This document shows positions 24,580 to 32,727 of a stretch of 64,000 bases of DNA, piece by piece. A model generated the notes under the pieces. It saw only the letters and a list, made by a program, of their open reading frames with translations. It was not told the origin of the DNA and ran no database searches. The DNA comes from Candidatus Oxydemutator sp. (GTDB taxonomy: Bacteria > Pseudomonadota > Gammaproteobacteria > Poriferisulfidales > Oxydemutatoraceae): positions 1,844,315 to 1,908,314 of the forward strand of contig OZ241883.1 in NCBI GenBank assembly GCA_965203445.1. The letters run 5' to 3'. The translations under genes were made by a program, and so were the position numbers. The stretch's first letter is position 1, and the number at the start of each line of letters is the position of its first letter.

Positions 24580-25347
24580 GTGCGCCTGGATCACCGCGGC
24601 ATCTGGGTCAACGTGCTGATCCTGATCGCCGTGTTCGTCGTCGTGCATCTTGTGTACCTCGGGCTGATTCGCCCGCAGGCCGAGTTGGCGCTGGAAGCCG
24701 CGCGCCAGGCCGGACAGTCGGCGCCCCGGGATCTGTTCGTGATTTTGAAGGACCTGGAGCAGGAGATCTGCATCGTGCTGATGATTTACGGTCTCTATCT
24801 GATGTCGGTCAAGTACGCGAGCCTGGTGTCGCGGCGTTATCTGTTCACGGTGGATCTGCTGCAAGACGCCGGCGCCGACGAAGGTAGCCTGGGCAACGTG
24901 CTCGAGGAACTGGAGAAGCTGCCGCGACACGTCGGCGAGACGCCGCTGGTCGAGACCCTGAAGGCCAGCTTGCGGCGCTACCTGATAACCCGCGACGTGC
25001 AGAATACCTCGGACGCGATCAGCGCCAGCGTCGAGGCGCAGGGGGTGCGTCTCGAGGCCGAAAATTCGACCATCCGCTACCTGATCTGGGCGATCCCCTC
25101 GATTGGTTTCATCGGCACCGTGCGCGGCATCGGACAGGCGTTGTCGCAGGCCGAGAAGGCCCTGGCCGGGGACATTGCGACGATGACCGACAGCCTGGGC
25201 GTGGCCTTCAATTCGACCCTCGTGGCGCTGCTGATCAGCATTTTCCTGATGTTCTTCCTGCACCAGTTGCAACGCGCCCAGGACGGCTTGCTGGTCGAGA
25301 CCCAGGCCTACTGCGAGAAGTTTCTGCTCAATCGCATCAGCAGCTAG
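24580..25347 (+). CDS. MotA/TolQ/ExbB-family proton-channel protein
   Basis: 255 aa with a GTG start. The C-terminal channel signature is 'IRYLIWAIPSIGFIGTVRGIGQAL ... MTDSLGVAFNSTLVALLISIFLMFFLHQL'. Confidence 0.8.
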   Translation: MRLDHRGIWVNVLILIAVFVVVHLVYLGLIRPQAELALEAARQAGQSAPRDLFVILKDLEQEICIVLMIYGLYLMSVKYASLVSRRYLFTVDLLQDAGADEGSLGNVLEELEKLPRHVGETPLVETLKASLRRYLITRDVQNTSDAISASVEAQGVRLEAENSTIRYLIWAIPSIGFIGTVRGIGQALSQAEKALAGDIATMTDSLGVAFNSTLVALLISIFLMFFLHQLQRAQDGLLVETQAYCEKFLLNRISS

Positions 25348-25355
25348 GTGCGGTC

Positions 25356-26417
25356 GTGCGCAGACGCCGAAAAACCGAGGGCTTCAACCTCGCCTTTTTG
25401 GACATCATGTCCTGCGGCCTGGGTGCGGTCATACTTATTTTTCTGATAGTCAAGCACAACGTGGACAAGGGTTCGGTCGAGGCCGACGTCACGTTGTCGG
25501 AACTGGCAGCGATGGAGCAACGGGAGCGGCAACTGCAAAAGGAGGTCGAGACCGCGAGGCGGGACAACGCCGAGGAGCGTAGGCGCGGCGCCGAACTGGC
25601 GAAAAAACTGCATGCGATACGCGCCGCGACGGCCGCGCTCGAGCGCCAGGCGGCGGCGCAGCAGCGCAGCAACGAGCACCTGCAAGACGCGGTCGACGAG
25701 GCCGCGGCGCGGCGCGCCGCCGACGTGGTGGCGGATGAGGACGCGGGCGAAGAGGAGTATCTGATAGGGCTTGCGGTCGAGGGCGAGCGCGTCGCAATTT
25801 TGCTCGACCGCAGCGCCTCGATGACCGACGAGAAACTGGTGGACGTCATCGTGCGCAAGACGCGCGACGCCGCGCGCAAGCGCGCCGGCCCGAAGTGGCG
25901 CCGCGCCCAAAAGACCGTGCGTTGGTTGCTGAACCGCCTGCCGCGCCAAAGCCGCGTGTCGCTGATCGCGTTCAACGACAAGGCCGAGGTTTTCGGCGAC
26001 GCCACGTGGAACGACGCCCGTGACGCGACCGCCGTCGGCTCGCTGTTCGCCGACGTCGCCAAACTGACGCCCACCGGCGCGACCAACCTGCAAGCCGGGC
26101 TCGAGCGCTTGCGCAAGCTGCGCCCGCGCGCGACCGACGTTTATCTGATAACCGACGGCTTGCCGACCGAGGCCGTATCCAAACCCTCGCGCCTCGGCAA
26201 GTGCGGTTCCTTGTTCGGCAAGAGCAACAACGTCTCCGGCGCCTGCCGCGAGCTGCTGTTCCAGGAAACCCTGCGCGAGTCGGCGCCGAACGGCGGCGAG
26301 GAAGTCAACGTGATCTTGTTTCCATTGGAGGGGGATCCGGCGGCGGCCACCCATTTCTGGAAATGGGCCGCCGCCACTGGCGGTATGGTGATGACGCCCG
26401 CGGCGGGGTGGCCGTGA
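25356..26417 (+). CDS. ExbD/TolR-like TM-Asp anchor + coiled coil + von Willebrand factor A domain protein (paralog 1)
   Basis: 353 aa. The N-terminus is 'RRRRKTEGFNLAFLDIMSCGLGAVILIFLIVK'. An Arg/Glu/Ala-rich coiled coil follows. The MIDAS motif is 'VAILLDRSASM'; also '...SLIAFNDKA...TPTGATNL...VYLITDG'. Confidence 0.8.
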   Translation: MRRRRKTEGFNLAFLDIMSCGLGAVILIFLIVKHNVDKGSVEADVTLSELAAMEQRERQLQKEVETARRDNAEERRRGAELAKKLHAIRAATAALERQAAAQQRSNEHLQDAVDEAAARRAADVVADEDAGEEEYLIGLAVEGERVAILLDRSASMTDEKLVDVIVRKTRDAARKRAGPKWRRAQKTVRWLLNRLPRQSRVSLIAFNDKAEVFGDATWNDARDATAVGSLFADVAKLTPTGATNLQAGLERLRKLRPRATDVYLITDGLPTEAVSKPSRLGKCGSLFGKSNNVSGACRELLFQETLRESAPNGGEEVNVILFPLEGDPAAATHFWKWAAATGGMVMTPAAGWP

Positions 26418-26427
26418 GGGGGCGGTC

Positions 26428-27369
26428 GTGAAGCGGCGCGAAAGGAGCGGCGATATTTTCAGCATGTCGCTGTTGGACGTCGTCTCGTGCGGTTTCGGCG
26501 CGATGATCCTGTTGTTGCTGATAACCAAATCGGGTTTCACCGAAGCCGACGTCAACGTTGACCTGAGCGCGTTGCTTGACCGCACTTTTCAAACCGAGGA
26601 CAGTATTCGAAGGTTGTCCGAGGAACTCGACGGGTTGCGACGCGAACTTGCCGAGAACCGGCGCGCCAACCAGGACGCGCTCGCTAGGCAAGACGCGCGA
26701 CGACGCGAACTCGAACGCAAACGAGCCGCGGGCGCAAGCCTCAGGCGCGAAGGCCAGGGTCTGGAGAACGTGCGGCGCACTTTGCAGCGCGCCTCGATCT
26801 CGCGCGCCACCACCGACGAACGCGATACCGAGGTCGGCGGCATACCGGTGGACAGCGACCACGTCATTTTCATCATAGATACCTCGGGCAGCATGCAAAG
26901 CATCTGGGACAAGGTCACGCGGACGATAGAGAATATCCTGGACGTCCATCCCCAGGTGCGCGGCTTTCAGATACTCAACGACAACGGTTTCTATCTGGTC
27001 GGCGGCTACCGCGGAAAATGGATAGCGGACACGCCGAAAAGAAGGAAAAGCATACTGAACGCGGTGCGTTCCTGGGGCGCGCTCTCGAACAGCAGCCCGG
27101 TCGAGGGCCTCGAGGTCGCACTCAAGACGTATGCCGGCAAGCGCGACAAAATATCCATCTACATATTCGGCGACGACTTCGCCGGTTCGTCCTACGATAC
27201 GGTCATTCGCACCATAGAGAAGCTGAACACCGACAAGATCAGCGGTGCGCCGATTGTCCGGGTTCACGCGGTCGGCTTTTCCTCGGGCGGCGTCCCCGAG
27301 CGCTTCGGCATCCTGATGCGCGAGGTAACCGGAAAAAACAACGGCGTGTTCCTGGCGTTGCCGCCGTGA
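26428..27369 (+). CDS. ExbD/TolR-like TM-Asp anchor + coiled coil + von Willebrand factor A domain protein (paralog 2)
   Basis: 313 aa. The N-terminus is 'KRRERSGDIFSMSLLDVVSCGFGAMILLLLITK'. A coiled coil follows. The MIDAS motif is 'VIFIIDTSGSM'; also '...IYIFGDDF'. Confidence 0.8.
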   Translation: MKRRERSGDIFSMSLLDVVSCGFGAMILLLLITKSGFTEADVNVDLSALLDRTFQTEDSIRRLSEELDGLRRELAENRRANQDALARQDARRRELERKRAAGASLRREGQGLENVRRTLQRASISRATTDERDTEVGGIPVDSDHVIFIIDTSGSMQSIWDKVTRTIENILDVHPQVRGFQILNDNGFYLVGGYRGKWIADTPKRRKSILNAVRSWGALSNSSPVEGLEVALKTYAGKRDKISIYIFGDDFAGSSYDTVIRTIEKLNTDKISGAPIVRVHAVGFSSGGVPERFGILMREVTGKNNGVFLALPP

Positions 27370-27397
27370 GCGGCGCCTCGCGTTCGCCGGTCGCGTT

Positions 27398-28591
27398 TTA
27401 CAGCGCGAAGCCGAGATTGAATATCGGCAGGTACATCGTCGCCACGATCCAGCCGACGGTGCCGGCTATCAGCAGAATCAGCAGGGGTTCGGTCAGCTGG
27501 ATCACGCGCTCGGATGTAGCGGCGATGCGCTCGTCGTAGAACTCGGCGATCTGGCGCAGCGCCTCGTCGAGGCGTCCGCTGTTTTCGCCGATGCGTATCA
27601 CGCGCCGAAAGAAACGGTCGAAAAAGCCGGCGCTGCGTACCGCCTCGGAGAATCCCGCGCCTTCCTCCAGGCGTGCCGAGACGCGCTCCAGCGCCTTGCT
27701 GAAAACCGGATCGGAGGTCGCGTCGCCCAGCCACTCGACGGCGGTGGCGAGGGGCACGCCGGCGTCGTAGGCCGGCGCGACGACGGTTGCGAAGAGGCGG
27801 CACAGATACGCTTTTTTCAAGGTTCCCGCGAACGGCAGCCACAACGTCGCGTACGCCAGCGCGTAGCGAAACCAGCGCGCGTTGCGACGTAGCAACGCGA
27901 GACCCGCGCACAGCAGGGCGAGCAGCGCGCCGGCGTCGGCGCCGTGTTCGGAAAGAAGCGAGAACAAGCGCAGGGTCAGCTTCGTCGAGGCCGGCAGCTC
28001 GCCGCCGAAATCGGCGTAGAACGATTCGAATTGCGGCATCATTGTAAGCAGCAGCAGCGCCACGACGGCGCCCGACGCGACCAGCACCGTGACCGGGTAG
28101 GTCGCGGCCCGTTTCAGCTTCTTATGGATCTTTTCATGTTTTTCCCGTTGCGACGCCAGTTCGAGTGCCAGTTCCGCGAGGCGCCCGCTGTCCTCGCCGG
28201 CTTGCAGGATGCGGAAGACGTAGCGGTGGCGCGGGTGCAGGTACGGTGCGATACTCCGCGCAAGGCCGCCGCCGGCCTCGACGTCCTGCCAGATCAGCGT
28301 CAGCGTCCGTTGCAGGCGCGGTTGCGCCTGGCGGCGCAGCAGGTCGAAGACGTCGCCCACGGGCAGCGTCGCGCGCAACAACGTCGCAAGTTGCCGCAAC
28401 AGCGCCGTGACGTCGCGCCCGCCGAGGCGCCGCACGCGCCCGCCGGCTGAGATTTTTATCGGGATAACGTCTTGCGTTGCAAGGAATTGCCTGAGTTCGT
28501 CCTTGTCGCGCGCGGCGCGCACTCCGCTTATGATCTCGCCCGAGGGCACGAGACCGCGCCACCGGAAGCATTTTTTGGCGTCCTCGGCCAA
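27398..28591 (-). CDS. pilC: type IV pilus assembly platform protein PilC (GspF family)
   Basis: 397 aa with two GspF-type repeats ('AGEDSGRLAELAL', 'IGENSGRLDEAL') and three TM regions. The TTG start is 3 nt after the pilA stop. Confidence 0.9.
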   Translation of the reverse strand: MAEDAKKCFRWRGLVPSGEIISGVRAARDKDELRQFLATQDVIPIKISAGGRVRRLGGRDVTALLRQLATLLRATLPVGDVFDLLRRQAQPRLQRTLTLIWQDVEAGGGLARSIAPYLHPRHRYVFRILQAGEDSGRLAELALELASQREKHEKIHKKLKRAATYPVTVLVASGAVVALLLLTMMPQFESFYADFGGELPASTKLTLRLFSLLSEHGADAGALLALLCAGLALLRRNARWFRYALAYATLWLPFAGTLKKAYLCRLFATVVAPAYDAGVPLATAVEWLGDATSDPVFSKALERVSARLEEGAGFSEAVRSAGFFDRFFRRVIRIGENSGRLDEALRQIAEFYDERIAATSERVIQLTEPLLILLIAGTVGWIVATMYLPIFNLGFAL

Positions 28592-28594
28592 GGT

Positions 28595-29068
28595 TCAACG
28601 GCATTGCGCCGGCAGGTATTTCGAGTCGAGACGCTTGTCCTTGTCGTCGTCCGTGCCGCACTCCCATTTGAGAACGTCGGTGGCCGGGGCCGCTTTCAGC
28701 AGCAGCACCTTGCCGCCGGCCTCGCCGCCGATGGCCTGGTCGAGGGTGATCTTGAGGTTGCCGGCCGCGGCCGTTTTCTTTTGTTTGTTCGCCGCGATCC
28801 TTTCGTATTCGATGCCGGACACGTAGTCGCTGGTCACACTCGTGTCTATGCCGGCCTTGTCGGCGGTCTCCGGCAGCTGCCCCTCGCTGACGTAATATTC
28901 GCCGATCATGATTTTTATCGAGCTCGCCAGGTTCAGGGCCTCGGCGATTTTGGCGCGCACGGTATAATCCTGGTACGCCGGCAGCGCCAGCGACAGCAGG
29001 ATGCCGACGATGGCGATGGCGATCATCAGCTCGATCAACGTGAAGCCCTTGAGACCGTTGTTTTTCAT
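28595..29068 (-). CDS. pilA: type IV major pilin (PilA-type)
   Basis: MKNNGLKG/FTLIELMIAIAIVGILLSLALPAYQDY is the class III signal with the conserved Glu at +5. There is a C-terminal Cys pair (WECG...PAQC). Confidence 0.9.
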   Translation of the reverse strand: MKNNGLKGFTLIELMIAIAIVGILLSLALPAYQDYTVRAKIAEALNLASSIKIMIGEYYVSEGQLPETADKAGIDTSVTSDYVSGIEYERIAANKQKKTAAAGNLKITLDQAIGGEAGGKVLLLKAAPATDVLKWECGTDDDKDKRLDSKYLPAQCR

Positions 29069-29164
29069 AATCGTTCCTCCCGCGTGGATAGTCGCCGGCA
29101 GGGTAGGCGCGCCCGCGCCCGCGTCGCGCCCGCGCGCCGACGAACGGCGTCAATTCGCCGATGA

Positions 29165-30820
29165 ATGACCATGGAGGCCCCGTTGCGTATCGCGCTGGCG
29201 CAGCAGAATTTCGTCGTCGGCGACCTGCGCGGCAACGCCGCCAGGATTACGCGCCTGACGCGCGCGGCGCGTGGGCGCGGCGCGCGCCTCGTTGTTTTTC
29301 CCGAACTGTCGCTGACCGGGTATTCGCCCGAGGATCTGCTGCTGCGCGACGACTTCCTGGCCGCGGTCGAGGACGCGCTCGGGCAAGTCGCGCGCGAGGC
29401 CGCCGGCATAGACGTGATCGTCGGCGCGCCGGTGCGCGATCGCGGCGCCTTGTTCAACGCCGCGCTGCACTTGTCGCACGGGAGTATCGCGCATCGCTGT
29501 TACAAGCGCAGCCTGCCGAACTACGAGGTGTTCGACGAGAAGCGCTATTTCAGCGACGGCCCCGACGCGGCCTGCGTGTTCGCCGTCGAGGGCGTGTCGT
29601 TCGGGCTTACCGTGTGCGAGGACATTTGGCGGCCGCAGGCGGCGGCGGCCGCGGCGCGCGCCGCGGCCGACTGTCTGATCAACGTCAGCGCGTCGCCGTT
29701 CGACGTCGCCAAACAGCGGCGGCGCGACCGCGCGTTGCAGGCGCGGGTGCGCGAGACCGGCCTGGGTTTGTTGTACGTCAACCAGGTCGGCGGCCAGGAC
29801 GATCTGGTATTCGACGGCGATTCGAGGGCCTATGATCGTTCCGGCGCCTGCGTGCTGCGCGCGCCGTCGTTCGAGGAAGGCGTCTATTACTGCGAAGCGA
29901 CCCGCGCCTCGCTGGTTTGCGACCAGGCGCCGTCGCCGCCGCCGGCGCCGCTCGAGATCGTCCGCCGCGCACTGGTCACGGGTCTGCGCGACTACGTCGT
30001 CCACAATGGTTTTGGCGGCGTCGTCGTCGCGTTGTCCGGCGGCATAGACTCGGCGCTGACGTTGACGCTCGCGGTCGACGCGCTCGGCGGCGCGCGCGTC
30101 AAGGCGGTGATGATGCCTTCCCCCTACACGTCGCGGCAAAGCTTGGCGGACGCGCACCGGCTCGCGCGCGCCGAGCGCGTCGAGTTGTTCGAGATTCCGA
30201 TCACGCGCGTTTTCGAGACGATGCTGGGAGAACTGGCGCCGATCTTCGACGGCCGTGCGCGCGACGTCACCGAAGAAAACGTGCAGGCGCGCATACGCGG
30301 CGGTCTGTTGATGGCGTTGTCGAACAAGCTGCGTCTGATGCCGCTGGCGACGTCGAACAAAAGCGAACTCGCGGTCGGTTACTCGACCTTGTACGGCGAC
30401 ATGGTGGGCGGCTACGCGCCGCTCAAGGATCTGTTCAAGAAACGCGTCTATGAATTGGCCGCACACGTCAACCGCGCACGCGAACGGATTCCGCGCGGCG
30501 TGATCGAGCGCGCACCGTCGGCGGAACTGGCGCCGGGACAGCTCGATACCGACCGCCTGCCGCCGTATCCGGTGTTGGATGCGATACTGGAGCAACTGGT
30601 GGAGAACGACGCCTCCGCCGCCGACCTCGCGCGGCGAGGTTTCGACGCCGCCTTGCTGCGGCGCGTGCGCAACATGCTCATGAAAAGCGAATACAAAAGA
30701 CGCCAGGCGCCGCCGGGCCCGAAGATCACGCGGCGCGCGTTCGGCCGGGAGCGCCGCTATCCGATCACCAGCCTGTACGACGCCGTCGCGCCAAGCGCCG
30801 CGGACGCGGCCGATCAATAG
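29165..30820 (+). CDS. nadE: glutamine-dependent NAD+ synthetase
   Basis: 551 aa with an N-terminal CN-hydrolase domain (FPELSLTGY, CEDIW) and a C-terminal synthetase domain with 'VVALSGGIDSAL'. Confidence 0.9.
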   Translation: MTMEAPLRIALAQQNFVVGDLRGNAARITRLTRAARGRGARLVVFPELSLTGYSPEDLLLRDDFLAAVEDALGQVAREAAGIDVIVGAPVRDRGALFNAALHLSHGSIAHRCYKRSLPNYEVFDEKRYFSDGPDAACVFAVEGVSFGLTVCEDIWRPQAAAAAARAAADCLINVSASPFDVAKQRRRDRALQARVRETGLGLLYVNQVGGQDDLVFDGDSRAYDRSGACVLRAPSFEEGVYYCEATRASLVCDQAPSPPPAPLEIVRRALVTGLRDYVVHNGFGGVVVALSGGIDSALTLTLAVDALGGARVKAVMMPSPYTSRQSLADAHRLARAERVELFEIPITRVFETMLGELAPIFDGRARDVTEENVQARIRGGLLMALSNKLRLMPLATSNKSELAVGYSTLYGDMVGGYAPLKDLFKKRVYELAAHVNRARERIPRGVIERAPSAELAPGQLDTDRLPPYPVLDAILEQLVENDASAADLARRGFDAALLRRVRNMLMKSEYKRRQAPPGPKITRRAFGRERRYPITSLYDAVAPSAADAADQ

Positions 30821-31665
30821 CGCAGTTTGTCCAGCAGGTTGTCCGCCAAGTCGCCGAGTCTGGTCAGCCAGCCGCGCTTCGCCAAGTGCGGCGCGCCGGC
30901 TTTTTTCAGGTCGTCGTCCAGGTAGTCGGGGTAGTTGTGCTTCAGTACCCTGAGCGTGTCCCGTGCCAGGTCGTCGGCGCCGAGCCGCCGGTAGGCCTCG
31001 GCCATCAGATAGAGCGCGTCGGGGGTGTTCTGGGCGCCGTCGTATTTCTCGAGCATGTAGCGGATGCGGTTGACGGCCGCTATGTAGCTGCCCTGGCGCA
31101 GATAGAAGTCGGCGACCCGTATCTCGTACACCGCCAGCAGGTTGCGCAGCACGACCAGGTGTTCGCGCGCGCTTTCGCGGTAGCGGCTGCCGGGAAAGTT
31201 GCCGTGCAGGTGCTGGAAGGCCGTGAACGACTTTGCCAACGGGCGCGGATCCTTGGTCGTACGGTCTCTCGGCACCACCTTGTTGAGCAGGCTTTTGCCG
31301 TAGTGGAAGTAGGCCAGCCCCTTCAGGTAGTAGGCGTAGTCGAGATGGGAATGGTTCGGGTTGTTCTTGATAAAGCGCTCGACCATGATCGTCGCGCTCT
31401 CGTTGTCGTCTATTTTGTAATGCGCGTAGGCCGACTCGAGCAGCGCCGCCTGCGCGTAGCGGCTGAACGGGTAGCTGCTCTCCAGTTTCTGGTAGTTCTC
31501 TATCGCGGTCGCGTAATAGCCGTTCTGCAGGCTGGTCTTGGCGGTGGTGTAAAGGTAGTCCGCCTGGCGCGCCTCTTTGTCCTGGTCGTCGCCGAACGTC
31601 GCGCAGCCGGAGGCGCCCGCGAGCAAAGCCGCCGCCAAAATCGCCGATACGTGGCGCCTGAACAT
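30814..31665 (-). CDS. bamD: outer membrane protein assembly factor BamD
   Basis: From the ATG at 31663-31665 it reads MFRRHVSAILAAALLAGASGC (lipobox), followed by TPR-like repeats. 283 aa. Divergent from rluD, as in E. coli. Confidence 0.9.
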   Translation of the reverse strand: MFRRHVSAILAAALLAGASGCATFGDDQDKEARQADYLYTTAKTSLQNGYYATAIENYQKLESSYPFSRYAQAALLESAYAHYKIDDNESATIMVERFIKNNPNHSHLDYAYYLKGLAYFHYGKSLLNKVVPRDRTTKDPRPLAKSFTAFQHLHGNFPGSRYRESAREHLVVLRNLLAVYEIRVADFYLRQGSYIAAVNRIRYMLEKYDGAQNTPDALYLMAEAYRRLGADDLARDTLRVLKHNYPDYLDDDLKKAGAPHLAKRGWLTRLGDLADNLLDKLRY

Positions 31666-31748
31666 CCGGCTATTATACTTCGGCGCACGAACCGGCACAC
31701 AAGCGGCGCGTGTGCCGCCGGCCCCGTAAGGCGTTACAATTTCCGCCG

Positions 31749-32711
31749 ATGGGTGATCTTTTGCGAGCCGTAATCGGCGAGGCGCAATCCGGCGCGCGCC
31801 TCGACAAGGCGATGGCCGAGCTGTTCTCCGGCTATTCGCGCAGCTTTCTGCAAGACTGCATACGGCGGGGGTGCGTGCTGGTGAACGGCGGCGTGCCGAA
31901 AGTTCGCGACCTGGTGTCGGCCGGCCAGCACGTCGCCTTTCGCCCGCCGGCGGCGCCGGCGAACGCCGCCGTCGCCGAACCGCTGCCGCTGACGATAGTC
32001 CACGAGGACGACGAGCTGTTGGTGATAGACAAGCCGCCCGGCATGGTCGTGCATCCGGCCGCCGGACACGCGCGCGGCACCGTTGTGAACGCGGTGCTGC
32101 ACCACTGCCCTCAGGCCGGCGCGCTGCCGCGCGCCGGTCTCGTGCATCGCCTGGACAAGGACACCAGCGGTCTGATGGTCGTGGCCAAGACGCGCGGCGC
32201 ACATCAATCGCTGAGCGCGCAGTTGCGCGCGCGCTCGGTCAAGCGTAGTTACCTGGCGCTGGTGCGCGGGCGCGTCATCGCCGGCGACACCATAGAGGCG
32301 CCCATCGGACGTCATCCGCGCGACCGCAAACGCATGGCGGTGCGCGACGGCGGGCGCGCCGCGGTGACCCGCTATCGCGTCGCCCGTCGTTTCGCCGCGC
32401 ATACGTTGCTCGAGGTCGAGCTTGCGACCGGGCGCACGCACCAGATTCGCGTGCACATGGCGCATATCGGCCACGCGGTTTTCGGCGATCCGGTGTACGG
32501 CGGGCGTCAGCGACCGCTCGTGGGCGCGCCGCCGCGCGTCCGGCGGATGGTGCGCGCGTTCGGACGCCAGGCGCTGCACGCCGCCGAGTTGTCGTTGTTG
32601 CACCCCGGCAGCGGAGCGCCCTCGGCTTGGCGCGTCGAACCGCCCGACGATATGCGCCGGTTGCTCGACTCGCTTGTGCAAATGGAAGCGATGGGTGGCG
32701 GCGACGGATAG
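31749..32711 (+). CDS. rluD: 23S rRNA pseudouridine synthase RluD
   Basis: S4 domain (ARLDKAMAELFSGYSRSFLQDCI) and the catalytic 'GLVHRLDKDTSGLMVVAK'. 320 aa from the ATG at 31749. Confidence 0.9.
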   Translation: MGDLLRAVIGEAQSGARLDKAMAELFSGYSRSFLQDCIRRGCVLVNGGVPKVRDLVSAGQHVAFRPPAAPANAAVAEPLPLTIVHEDDELLVIDKPPGMVVHPAAGHARGTVVNAVLHHCPQAGALPRAGLVHRLDKDTSGLMVVAKTRGAHQSLSAQLRARSVKRSYLALVRGRVIAGDTIEAPIGRHPRDRKRMAVRDGGRAAVTRYRVARRFAAHTLLEVELATGRTHQIRVHMAHIGHAVFGDPVYGGRQRPLVGAPPRVRRMVRAFGRQALHAAELSLLHPGSGAPSAWRVEPPDDMRRLLDSLVQMEAMGGGDG

Positions 32712-32727
32712 AATTCGCGGCGGTATA

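Noticed and set aside
25344-26585. 413-aa and 259-aa minus-strand ORFs opposite vWA paralog 1
   Set aside because: The plus-strand frame has the TM-Asp helix, the coiled coil and the MIDAS motif. The minus-strand products are low-complexity.
29069-29164. Possible sigma-54 (TGGCAC-N5-TTGC) promoter upstream of pilA
   Set aside because: I read the minus strand of the spacer and found no acceptable -24/-12 match. Only the SD (GGAGGA) is evident.
29150-30817. 555-aa minus-strand ORF covering the nadE region
   Set aside because: The plus strand encodes a full-length, motif-bearing NAD+ synthetase (CN-hydrolase domain + 'SGGIDS'). The antisense ORF is Arg/Ala-rich with no motifs, a typical high-GC shadow ORF.
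31666-32202. 5' extension of the bamD ORF (30814..32202)
   Set aside because: The extension is Arg/Pro-rich, lies antisense to rluD and precedes the lipoprotein signal peptide. BamD starts at the ATG at 31665.
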